Shown here: piece after piece, positions 17,101 to 23,602 of the stretch | Position numbering within the stretch: position 1 is the first letter of the stretch | Layout: every line of letters begins with the position of its first letter | Assembly: GCA_045652385.1 (NCBI GenBank) | Contig: JAZRUD010000056.1 | Coordinates: 1 to 32,786, forward strand | Source of the DNA: Clostridia bacterium | Lineage (GTDB): Bacteria > Bacillota > Clostridia > Christensenellales > CAG-138 | Direction: 5' to 3' | DNA length: 32,786 nucleotides | Made by a program: the position numbers and the translations under genes | The notes under the pieces: generated by a model | Told to the model about the DNA's origin: nothing | The model's database searches: none | What the model saw: the letters and a program-made list of their open reading frames with translations, nothing else

Positions 17101-19049
17101 GGCTGGCCAATGACGCGATCACGCGGACGGTGCACATCGAGACGCTGGTCAGCGAGGACGGGATCCGGGACATGATCGTGACCGAGATCTCCGGGAACCT
17201 GGACGAGATCATCGACGAGACCGCGCAGGCAGCCATTGACCGGGTGCTGGAGCTCAAGGGCGGCTACAAGCAGTGGGACACGCCGAACCCGGAGCAGGAG
17301 GAGACGATCGCGACCGGCACGCTGTGGTACAAGGACCACGGGATGCGGACGCACGGCGACATGGCCGGGAAGACGCACCAGCAGCTGCACAGCTATCCGC
17401 ACAAGAGCTTTTCCGGCGGCGAGCTTTATATGTACATCGGAACCGGGACGGCGTACGATCCGACGAAATGGGTGCTGGTGAGCGACCCGGGGACGACGTA
17501 CCAGACGAAGGTCGAACTAAATCGGACAACCGAGGAGATCAACGCGGAGGTCACGCGGATCGCGACAAGCCTGAGCGGGACGCAGACGGACATCGCGGAC
17601 CTGAGGGTGAGCATAGGGACGATCAGCGCCACCGTGACCAGCGTACAGCGGACGGCGGACGGCGCGTATCAGCAGATGGCCGGCATCCTGATCCAGAGTG
17701 ACGGGGTGCACGTCAAGGCAAGCGCGGGATCCAGCGCGGCGGGCGTGGACATCACCTTCAGCGGGATCACGCTGGCGACGAACAAGAAGCTGACCGTGAG
17801 GGCGCAGGACCTGATCATCGGGAGCGGGAGCGGGGACACGCTGAAGGCGCAGCTGGACGCGCTGAGCGACCTGGACACGCTGGTGAGGACGACCGGCGTA
17901 CCGAAGGTCGTGACGACGGCTTTCACCATCTCCGGGAGCACGATGACCATGGGCGCGACCGGGACGATCGTCGTGGCGGCCAACAAGGCCATCCAGATCG
18001 GCACCAGCGCGAGCAACAGCTTCCTGACGGTCGACAACAGCGGCGTGGCCATCTCGACGGTCAAGAGCATCGCCCTGAAGGCCGGCGGGACCTTTACGAT
18101 CAACAGTAACAACTTCGCGGTCAACAGCGACGGCACGGTGACGGTCAAGGGAACCGTGGAGGCAGCGGCGGGTAAGATCGGGACCTGGAACATCGGGACG
18201 GACAGGCTGGAAAGCGGAACCGGGAGCGGGTACGTGGCGCTGAACAGCAAGGCCAGCGACACCTACGCCATCTGGGCCGGGAGCGAGAGCCCGACACAAG
18301 CCCCGTACCGGGTCAAACGAGACGGAACGGTCTACCTGACAAGCCTGATCGTGGTTGGGGAGAATGGATCGGAAACCACGGTCAACCTGCGGACGGCCGG
18401 GCTGTGGAAGCTCAGCTACCACACGGTCAAGGCATATTCGACGAACTCGATCACGCTGTCCAATGGTGTCACCGTAAATTTTAATACGGCCGCTTCCGTT
18501 GTCCTTAATGGAAGCTGGAGCGGCAGCAGCGCGAGCGGATGGACGTTCACCGTCACAAACACGGGGAACACACAGACACAGGCGACAACGATCACGCGGC
18601 AGTTTTCGCCATCGTCAGGCTGGAACGCGAACTGGAAAAAACAGATCACGATCTCAGGAACCGGATACGGAGGCGGCTTGCTGTATCAGTGGGAGGAAGA
18701 CGCGAGCGGAGCATACTCAGCCGGGAGCCCGGTCAGCGCTGCGCTCGGGGCGCTGTCGCATGACGCCGTGTACGGGCTGACGGTTACAAAGGGCGACAAC
18801 ACCGTATTTTCGACCGAGATCGACGCCCAGGGCATTTATGACGACGCGCGCGAAGGCTACACGTTAGGCGTGTTTGTCGAGTACACAGGGCAGAAGTACC
18901 GCATCAGCAACGGCAATTACCGGAACTTTGAACTGTTCCGCAGGGAAACCAATCCCGGCGGCGGGTGGTCTTACTGGTCGGTCGGCACCGGATACGTGCA
19001 GGTCGCGGAGATCACAGACACTTTATATGTGCAGGAGGAAGAGGAATGA
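14193..19049 (+). CDS. Tail-associated protein (Tal) fused to a long fibre / receptor-binding region
   Basis: 1618 aa with a GTG start that overlaps the Dit stop. The N-terminal tail-endopeptidase-type region carries an inserted CBM5/12-like and SH3b-like segment. An Ala/Ile/Thr periodic fibre region follows, then a duplicated His-motif module and a Gly/Ser/Thr-rich distal part. Confidence 0.85.
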   Translation: MIHLYYMGNRNYERNGDVILMPTSCIVREQGGGSYELEMDHPQDPDGKWEALEETLIIKAPVAAASIPKTFSGAEVDVYAANRDTELREAPNEPQRISYPLFEASSAMVTYTVGSKVSYIGHNYQMYAQDPKSEYGYWHTPDNYPDYWRRIADYSSGAQVLVRLKSGTEVYLIEQTSGTWYQVMTKAGVTGYVKAEHLTFVRHQTPEEIEAEEIREQLFRIYSVNVDTKGNKVRVNARHVSFDGNGVFLGDCEISQASPAMAIQRQIDARLTEYQGEIGTNLTSDDYPKYSAKLTGKSVIAGLLDPKDGIVAAYGAHVYRNNWDIAIVEPQNAVSGVRLRYGKNLRGVSWGRKTEKMATRVIPVAKGEGGADLYLPEIFVDSPYIDRYDVIMTERLVVNGQVGKDDGSGTETTWTEQSLYAEMRRKAEERFSVDHIDAPQISLAVEFTLLGDTEEYRQYRGLEKLHMYDSVSVKDPRIGLDVIMTVMETEWDAIRKEYRGIKLADTVDYGAGTIPGYQIQSGAIGGSHIQSGAISGGMISAGAITARTLAAEAITSDKIAARAITTRVLEAEAVTAEKIHAGAVTAEKVDTQDLFADSAVIQYVSAQAVEAVRVNAETITAETAWIQALNAQAIVAVDAEIQRVVAGQITTDALYAGIATIAQAMIAGAHIGDAQIDFANIADLKAAMIQAVNLDAQNISTGVLRASIAVIQDGEIDNADINTAHIVDLTADSFIAHDAVTDRYTISKLKVNNAQLVTATVGELVVKASDSHYYRIDVDPDTGEVTTTDVTQELSPGEITAGITSDGVATIIETDLTVDELSANNFSGLSALIDKIRADRIDVDTLFARQAFIGKLNTTDITGNSYLQLMVNTKNATYTQWADPALTHTVQPGDTWNRRAETHTHATMAAKTHAELGAYPHWAMSRYFKRYVRTTGGWELTEDLNEAHETQARILISQDSILQEVDSAVRLANDAITRTVHIETLVSEDGIRDMIVTEISGNLDEIIDETAQAAIDRVLELKGGYKQWDTPNPEQEETIATGTLWYKDHGMRTHGDMAGKTHQQLHSYPHKSFSGGELYMYIGTGTAYDPTKWVLVSDPGTTYQTKVELNRTTEEINAEVTRIATSLSGTQTDIADLRVSIGTISATVTSVQRTADGAYQQMAGILIQSDGVHVKASAGSSAAGVDITFSGITLATNKKLTVRAQDLIIGSGSGDTLKAQLDALSDLDTLVRTTGVPKVVTTAFTISGSTMTMGATGTIVVAANKAIQIGTSASNSFLTVDNSGVAISTVKSIALKAGGTFTINSNNFAVNSDGTVTVKGTVEAAAGKIGTWNIGTDRLESGTGSGYVALNSKASDTYAIWAGSESPTQAPYRVKRDGTVYLTSLIVVGENGSETTVNLRTAGLWKLSYHTVKAYSTNSITLSNGVTVNFNTAASVVLNGSWSGSSASGWTFTVTNTGNTQTQATTITRQFSPSSGWNANWKKQITISGTGYGGGLLYQWEEDASGAYSAGSPVSAALGALSHDAVYGLTVTKGDNTVFSTEIDAQGIYDDAREGYTLGVFVEYTGQKYRISNGNYRNFELFRRETNPGGGWSYWSVGTGYVQVAEITDTLYVQEEEE

Positions 19050-19429
19050 AACAGGGGCAGATCGTTAAAGCATTCACGACACTCAAGACGCTGACGGCGG
19101 TCAAGGGGCTGCCCTTCGGGACGCTCTCCGGGCTGTACCAGGCCCGGAGGGCGTTGAGCGGGCACGTGGAGGCCCAGCAGGAAAAGGAAATGGAGATCAT
19201 CCGCGAGCTGGGCGAGGTGCTTGAGGACGGGACGATCAGATTCAACGATCCGGAGGAGGGACCGAAGGAAATGAACCGGCGGTTCCTGGAGATCGTCGGG
19301 ACCGAGATCGACGCGAAGATCGAGCCGGTGACGGTCAGGATCGACCAGGCCGCGGCGGATAAGCTGGGGCTGGACGGCGAGATCCTGGGGGCGCTGGACG
19401 GATTTGTGGAATTTGACCTGATGGACTAA
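19046..19429 (+). CDS. Hypothetical fibre-region protein
   Basis: 127 aa counted from ATG 19046, which forms an ATGA overlap with the Tal stop. Acidic; no family recognised. Confidence 0.55.
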   Translation: MKQGQIVKAFTTLKTLTAVKGLPFGTLSGLYQARRALSGHVEAQQEKEMEIIRELGEVLEDGTIRFNDPEEGPKEMNRRFLEIVGTEIDAKIEPVTVRIDQAAADKLGLDGEILGALDGFVEFDLMD

Positions 19430-19441
19430 GGAGGGAAACGC

Positions 19442-19954
19442 ATGTCGATCACCAACAAAACGATGAAGACGCTGGCGGGCAATGTTACGATCACAAAGGA
19501 CTCCGCGGACGAAAACTACGACGTGAGCAGGGTGAACAGCAACAGCGACGCTTTTGCGGACGCGATCACGGGGCTCACGGAGAACGCGACGACGGTGGAG
19601 TCCGACAGCACCACGTACAAGGGGACGCTGTCGATCAACAGCGCCACCTACACGATCACGATCATCAGGATCGGGAAAATCCGCGTCGCACAGATGGGCA
19701 TCGGCGAGGGGACCACGCTGTCCGATTATACGGGAGGCAACCTGGACATCTGCACGCTCGCGTCCGGGGACCGTCCCAAGAACGCGGTTTCCGCGACAGG
19801 GCTCGCCCGGGATAACGGCGTATGGGGCTCGGCGAATTATACGCCGGTCAGTTTAGGCGTGGCTGCCGGCGGAGGCGTGACGCTGAAGGGCAATACGAAT
19901 GCGGTCAAAACCTGCGCGTACTGTACAGGACAAGTGGTATGGGTGACGGCATAA
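19442..19954 (+). CDS. Hypothetical Thr/Ser/Gly-rich fibre-region protein
   Basis: 170 aa with RBS aaggaggg. The composition is beta-rich, as in receptor-binding head domains. Confidence 0.55.
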   Translation: MSITNKTMKTLAGNVTITKDSADENYDVSRVNSNSDAFADAITGLTENATTVESDSTTYKGTLSINSATYTITIIRIGKIRVAQMGIGEGTTLSDYTGGNLDICTLASGDRPKNAVSATGLARDNGVWGSANYTPVSLGVAAGGGVTLKGNTNAVKTCAYCTGQVVWVTA

Positions 19955-19967
19955 AGGGGGAATCGGC

Positions 19968-20291
19968 ATGATCTTTATTCCTGGGACGACGGTCAACTGG
20001 TCGGCGCGGATCCACGCGGCGGCGGAGGAGCTGGACCGGGTGGTGCTCAGCTTCTGTGTGCAGGGCGCGGAGGTGCTGGTCAAGGCATACACGGAGTTTG
20101 AGGCGGACGAGGAGGAGGGCTGGGCGGACTTCACCGTGAGCCTCACGCAGGCGGAGAGCTTGCTTTTCCCGAACGCCGCGAGGATCGACGTGCAGGCCAA
20201 CGCCATGATGGACGACGACAGGTCCGCGACGGGGGTCGCGCAGATCCTGACGGACAGGCAGCTGCATCGGGAGGTGATGGGAAATGGCTGA
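19968..20291 (+). CDS. Hypothetical fibre-region protein
   Basis: 107 aa with RBS aaggggga. It overlaps the next gene by 8 nt. Confidence 0.55.
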   Translation: MIFIPGTTVNWSARIHAAAEELDRVVLSFCVQGAEVLVKAYTEFEADEEEGWADFTVSLTQAESLLFPNAARIDVQANAMMDDDRSATGVAQILTDRQLHREVMGNG

Positions 20292-20880
20292 TCTTGTTTT
20301 TGACCTGGTCGGAACGGCGGGAAGCATCGAGATGCAGATGGACCGGATCGGGCCGCGGGGCGTGGGCATCGCGAATGTGAAGCTTAACGACGACTACACC
20401 CTGACCGTGACGCTGACGGACGGGACGAGCTATACCACGGAGAGCATCCGGGGCGAGCAGGGGGACCCGGGTCAGCCTGGCGAGGACGGAGTATCTCCGA
20501 CTGTCACGGTGACCGACATTACAGGCGGGCACCGGGTCACCATCACGGACGCGACCGGGACGCATGTGGCGGACGTGATGGACGGAAGCAAGGGAGATCC
20601 GGGGGATCCCGGTCAGCCGGGCGAGGACGGCCATACGCCCGAGAAGGGCGTCGACTACTGGACGGCGGAGGATAAGGCGGAGATCGTGGAGGACGCGGCG
20701 GAGGCAGCTGCCGGCGACCTGATCGACGACACGGCCGGGGACGGCGACACCGACAAGGTGTGGAGCGCGGACAAGGCCGCGGAGGTTGCTTCGCAGTTAT
20801 CTTCTGCTTTACAAGTGAAAAAAATATTTGTTCGCCTTTACATTCCCACGCCATTGACGTATAATCCATTCACAACTTAA
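20284..20880 (+). CDS. Collagen-like repeat tail fibre protein, apparently C-terminally truncated or replaced
   Basis: G-X-Y runs GEQGDPGQPGEDG (20452-20490) and GSKGDPGDPGQPGEDG (20584-20631). Codon composition switches to AT-rich third positions at about 20787. The ORF ends 30 codons later, inside a promoter-like sequence. Confidence 0.72.
   Translation: MADLVFDLVGTAGSIEMQMDRIGPRGVGIANVKLNDDYTLTVTLTDGTSYTTESIRGEQGDPGQPGEDGVSPTVTVTDITGGHRVTITDATGTHVADVMDGSKGDPGDPGQPGEDGHTPEKGVDYWTAEDKAEIVEDAAEAAAGDLIDDTAGDGDTDKVWSADKAAEVASQLSSALQVKKIFVRLYIPTPLTYNPFTT
20837..20865 (+). promoter_or_regulatory. Sigma-A type promoter candidate for the tyrosine recombinase gene
   Basis: TTTACA, 17 nt, TATAAT. 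It lies in the last codons of the collagen-like ORF, 128 nt upstream of ATG 20993. Confidence 0.5.
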
Positions 20881-20881
20881 A

Positions 20882-20922
20882 AGGGCGCCGGTGCACCCCG
20901 CCAAGAGTATCACCGACGCCCT
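20882..20922 (+). other. GC-rich hairpin (12-position stem with one mismatch, 17-nt loop)
   Basis: agggcgccggtg pairs with caccgacgccct. No U-run follows, so it is not a canonical terminator. Confidence 0.45.
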
Positions 20923-20930
20923 GTCCGATT

Positions 20931-20962
20931 AGGACGGGAGAATTATATCACAATCCCGTCCT
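20931..20962. other. Perfect 9-bp inverted repeat flanking a 14-bp AT-rich spacer; candidate recombinase core site or RNA hairpin
   Basis: AGGACGGGA gaattatatcacaa TCCCGTCCT, ending 31 nt upstream of the recombinase ATG. Confidence 0.45.
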
Positions 20963-20992
20963 GCGACGCAATCGAAAGGATGGGATTTATTT

Positions 20993-21976
20993 ATGTCAAT
21001 GGAAGCCAAGCTGATGATGATCCAGGACATCGAGGAGCAGCTGCAGGAGGATCTGACAGTGGCCATGATGCGGAGGGTCAAGGAAACACTGGGGAACATT
21101 CTGGAAGGGTACCAGGTCGAGCATCTGAGAGTTGACGAGAACGGCGGGACGGATGACATGCTCGGTGCATTTCTGGCAGCAAAGAAGGTCGAGGGAAGAT
21201 CTCCGAAGACGCTGAAGCGGTACAAGTTTATCATGGATAAAGTGATCCGCTTTGCAGGAGAGCCGATTGGGAAGATCCAGGTCGGGCACATCCGGGATTA
21301 TTTTGGACATGAAAAGGATCGCGGAGTCAGCAGCAGGACGCTGGACGGTGAGAGGAGTGTGATCAGCGGATGCTTCGGGTGGCTTGTGAAGGAAGAGCTG
21401 ATCCGTAAAAATCCATGCGCGAACATGAGCGTGATCAAATACACCAAGAAGGTAAAGATCCCGTTCTCGAACACGGACATCGAGATGATGAAGGAAAGCG
21501 CGAAGACGGTCCGGGATCGGGCCATCATCTGCTTTTTGCTGTCGACCGGAGCGAGGATCAGCGAGGTGTGCGCGCTTGACCGGGACGACATCAATTTTCA
21601 GGACCTCGAATGTAAGGTGCTCGGGAAGGGGAATAAAGAGCGGACGGTATATCTGGACAATGTGGCGTCGATGATGCTGCAGAGGTACCTGAAAAGCAGG
21701 ACGGACGATTCCCCGGCGCTGTTTGTCGGAAAGCGACGCGAGAGGCTGACCACTGACGGAGTGAGGAGAATGCTGAACGTGATCGAGGCGCGGAGCGGGG
21801 TCGAAAATATACATCCGCACCGGTTCAGGAGGACGCTGGCAACCGGGCTGATCAATCACGGGATGGCGATCCAGGAAGTGGCAAACATCCTGGGCCATGA
21901 GAACATCAACACGACGATGCAGTACGTTTATGTAGAGAAGCAGAATGTCAAAAACAATTACAGACGATACGCCTGA
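20993..21976 (+). CDS. Tyrosine site-specific recombinase (XerC/XerD-like phage integrase family)
   Basis: 327 aa with a SAM-like N-terminal domain (FLAAKKVEGRSPKTLKRYKF). Catalytic-region motifs are STGARISEV (Arg), HPHRFRRTLAT (H-x-x-R), LGHENINTT (His) and MQYVYV (Tyr). Confidence 0.9.
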   Translation: MSMEAKLMMIQDIEEQLQEDLTVAMMRRVKETLGNILEGYQVEHLRVDENGGTDDMLGAFLAAKKVEGRSPKTLKRYKFIMDKVIRFAGEPIGKIQVGHIRDYFGHEKDRGVSSRTLDGERSVISGCFGWLVKEELIRKNPCANMSVIKYTKKVKIPFSNTDIEMMKESAKTVRDRAIICFLLSTGARISEVCALDRDDINFQDLECKVLGKGNKERTVYLDNVASMMLQRYLKSRTDDSPALFVGKRRERLTTDGVRRMLNVIEARSGVENIHPHRFRRTLATGLINHGMAIQEVANILGHENINTTMQYVYVEKQNVKNNYRRYA

Positions 21977-21982
21977 ACAGGG

Positions 21983-22006
21983 GCCGCTCGAATGAGCGGC
22001 TTTTTT
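21983..22006 (+). terminator. Rho-independent terminator after the tyrosine recombinase gene
   Basis: gccgctc gaat gagcggc followed by tttttt. Confidence 0.75.
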
Positions 22007-22022
22007 GATGGGAGGTTAATTT

Positions 22023-22271
22023 ATGGTCTGGATCTACTGGGTGATGGTTGTCATCGGCACAGCCGGGATTGTCTGGTATTTTACCGTAACATGGATGGAA
22101 AAACGACAGTCGCGCCCTCCCGATCTGGATCCTACTGACAAGGCTGTAATGAGTGAAAACCGATGTGTGTTTTGCCAGAACGTGATCCCGGAAGGAAGAA
22201 TTGTATGCCCGGATTGTGAGCGAAGGATCATGTCAGAAGCGCACGAGAGAGGGGGGAGATACCGTGATTAA
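22023..22271 (+). CDS. Membrane-anchored zinc-ribbon protein (lysis-cassette associated)
   Basis: 82 aa with RBS gggagg. An N-terminal TM helix (VWIYWVMVVIGTAGIVWYFTV) is followed by CVFC-x11-CPDC. The 3' end overlaps the endolysin start. Confidence 0.6.
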   Translation: MVWIYWVMVVIGTAGIVWYFTVTWMEKRQSRPPDLDPTDKAVMSENRCVFCQNVIPEGRIVCPDCERRIMSEAHERGGRYRD

Positions 22272-22983
22272 AGCAAAGGATCTGATAAAAAAGGTCGCTC
22301 AGGCGTACAATGAAAAATGGGGATACATCTGGGGGAAATCAGGTCAGGTATGGACGAAAGCGGCTCAGGATGCCGCCACCCGCGAGATGACCGTTAAGTA
22401 TGGCAGTAAGTGGATCGGCAAGCGGGTCGCTGACTGCAGTGGTCTCCTCGCATGGGCGTTCAAAGAGCTTGGCGGATACATTTATCACGGATCTAATACC
22501 CAGTACGATAAGTACACCTCCAGCAGGGGGACACTGTCCAACGGCCAGCGATCCGACGGAAAGCCGATCATGCCCGGCACAGCTGTCTTTCTGCGGGAGA
22601 GCAACGGCAAGCGCGGCCACGTCGGGCTGTACATCGGAGACGGTCAGGTAATCGAAGCGAAGGGCACCAGGTACGGCGTGGTCATGTCAGATCTCGGTCA
22701 CTGGGAAGACTGGGGGGAGCTGAAGGACGTAGATTACACCGACGTTGACGGGACCCAGCCGGAACCAGCTCCGGAGCCCGTGCCGCTTACAGGGGAAGCT
22801 GTGGTGGACGTGCCGAACGATGGGACGGTCAATGTGAGGCTGCGGCCAAGCACGGGATCTAAGCTGATGCGGACACTTCCGGAGGGGGCCACCGTGCAGG
22901 TAATCGCAGATGACGGCACGTGGAGCAAAGTGTTGGTGGAAGGATATATCATGAGCCGATTCCTGAAGAAAGGAGGCGCGTGA
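22264..22983 (+). CDS. Endolysin: NlpC/P60 peptidase domain plus a C-terminal SH3b cell-wall-binding domain
   Basis: GTG 22264 is preceded by ggggggag. Catalytic-type motifs are VADCSGLLAWAF (Cys) and GHVGLYIGDGQVIEA (His). A PEPAPEPVP linker leads to the SH3b-like VNVRLRPSTGSKLMRTLPEGATVQV. Confidence 0.85.
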   Translation: MIKAKDLIKKVAQAYNEKWGYIWGKSGQVWTKAAQDAATREMTVKYGSKWIGKRVADCSGLLAWAFKELGGYIYHGSNTQYDKYTSSRGTLSNGQRSDGKPIMPGTAVFLRESNGKRGHVGLYIGDGQVIEAKGTRYGVVMSDLGHWEDWGELKDVDYTDVDGTQPEPAPEPVPLTGEAVVDVPNDGTVNVRLRPSTGSKLMRTLPEGATVQVIADDGTWSKVLVEGYIMSRFLKKGGA

Positions 22984-22985
22984 TT

Positions 22986-23285
22986 ATGCCTGCGGTCGAA
23001 GGGGTCGTGACACCGGAATATCTGTGGATCACTCTGGTCACGATCATAGCACTGGGGGCTGTGCTGCTGCTGGTGCTCAATATTATCAGCAAAGTGCGGG
23101 AGCTAAAGAAACCAAAGATGAACGAAGAAGAACTGATCAAATCCGTGAAAAAGCATGACGTCGAGCTGCAGCTGCTGCTGAAGGCTCAGATGCTCATGCT
23201 TAAGCACATGGTGGACGGGAATTCGGTGGACAAGCTGAAGGAAATGCAGGACGAGATCAACCGGTACCTGCTGACGCTTTTATGA
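22986..23285 (+). CDS. Single-pass membrane protein with a coiled-coil tail (holin-like or lysis regulator)
   Basis: 99 aa counted from ATG 22986. The TM segment is LWITLVTIIALGAVLLLVLNII, followed by a charged helical tail. Confidence 0.55.
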   Translation: MPAVEGVVTPEYLWITLVTIIALGAVLLLVLNIISKVRELKKPKMNEEELIKSVKKHDVELQLLLKAQMLMLKHMVDGNSVDKLKEMQDEINRYLLTLL

Positions 23286-23294
23286 GGAGGCAAC

Positions 23295-23528
23295 ATGATG
23301 ATTAATTGGAAAGAGTGGGCGAAGGCGGCTGGGATCCGCGCACTGCGTACGTTCGGACAGGCTGCTCTGGCGTATGTCGGATCCAGTTCGATCGTTCTGA
23401 GCGACGTAAACTGGATAGGAGCGCTGAGCGCAGGCGCGTTGGGCGCGGTCATCTCCGTGCTGATGGCGCTGGCCGGGCTGCCGGAGGTTGATAAAAAATG
23501 TCGAGATGATGATGCCTGCGATTTGTAA
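23295..23528 (+). CDS. Holin (phi LC3 / r1t-like family)
   Basis: 77 aa with RBS gaggagg. The pattern WKEWAKAAGIRALRTFGQAALAYVG plus a second hydrophobic segment and a charged C-terminus fits this holin family. Confidence 0.7.
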   Translation: MMINWKEWAKAAGIRALRTFGQAALAYVGSSSIVLSDVNWIGALSAGALGAVISVLMALAGLPEVDKKCRDDDACDL

Positions 23529-23539
23529 CGGACACGATG

Positions 23540-23572
23540 AAGGCCGAGGAGAAATCCCCGGCCTTATTTTTT
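23540..23572 (+). terminator. Terminator between the holin gene and the convergent serine recombinase gene
   Basis: aaggccg ... cggcctt stem followed by attttttatt. Confidence 0.6.
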
Positions 23573-23602
23573 ATTGCAAAAACGGAAGATGAAGGATATA
23601 AT

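Noticed and set aside
14937-17402. An 821-aa ORF on the minus strand. Other long minus-strand ORFs occur at 19-705, 4267-5430, 6430-7623, 7433-8350, 8766-10085, 9968-10666, 11188-12012, 11912-12739, 13923-14909 and 17517-18422.
   Set aside because: All lie antisense to well-supported structural genes in a GC-rich region where stop codons are rare. Their products are Arg/Pro/Leu/His-rich low-complexity strings with no RBS or recognisable motifs.
15740-17490. A diversity-generating retroelement (template/variable repeat pair) as an explanation for the repeated segments in the Tal fibre gene.
   Set aside because: There is no reverse transcriptase ORF anywhere in the window. The repeats are diverged at all base types rather than showing adenine-specific differences.
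20854-20865. TTGACG immediately followed by TATAAT, which looks like promoter hexamers.
   Set aside because: There is zero spacing between the two hexamers. The functional pairing is more plausibly the upstream TTTACA, with a 17-nt spacer, to the same TATAAT.
20942-20951. The 10-mer attatatcac in the palindrome spacer recurs at 27369-27378, which might suggest a second recombination site.
   Set aside because: Exact 10-mer matches are expected many times by chance in a 33-kb sequence, and the flanking sequence shows no further similarity.
20996-21898. A 300-aa minus-strand ORF covering the tyrosine recombinase gene, and a 197-aa plus-strand ORF at 23537-24130 covering the serine recombinase gene.
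   Set aside because: They are antisense shadows of genes that have complete catalytic motif sets, and they have no independent signals.
20780-22020. An invertible (shufflon- or Gin-like) fibre segment controlled by the tyrosine recombinase.
   Set aside because: I could not find a partner inverted repeat, or an alternative promoterless fibre C-terminal cassette, downstream of or flanking the cassette. The shared ggaggtt 7-mer at both edges is an RBS-like string and too short to count.
23529-23602. An attP site for the serine recombinase in the holin-integrase intergenic region (dyad aaggccg/cggcctt, and two copies of gatgaagg).
   Set aside because: This is plausible by position, but the dyad is adequately explained as a terminator. 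Serine-integrase attP sites cannot be recognised from sequence alone, so it is not reported as a feature.
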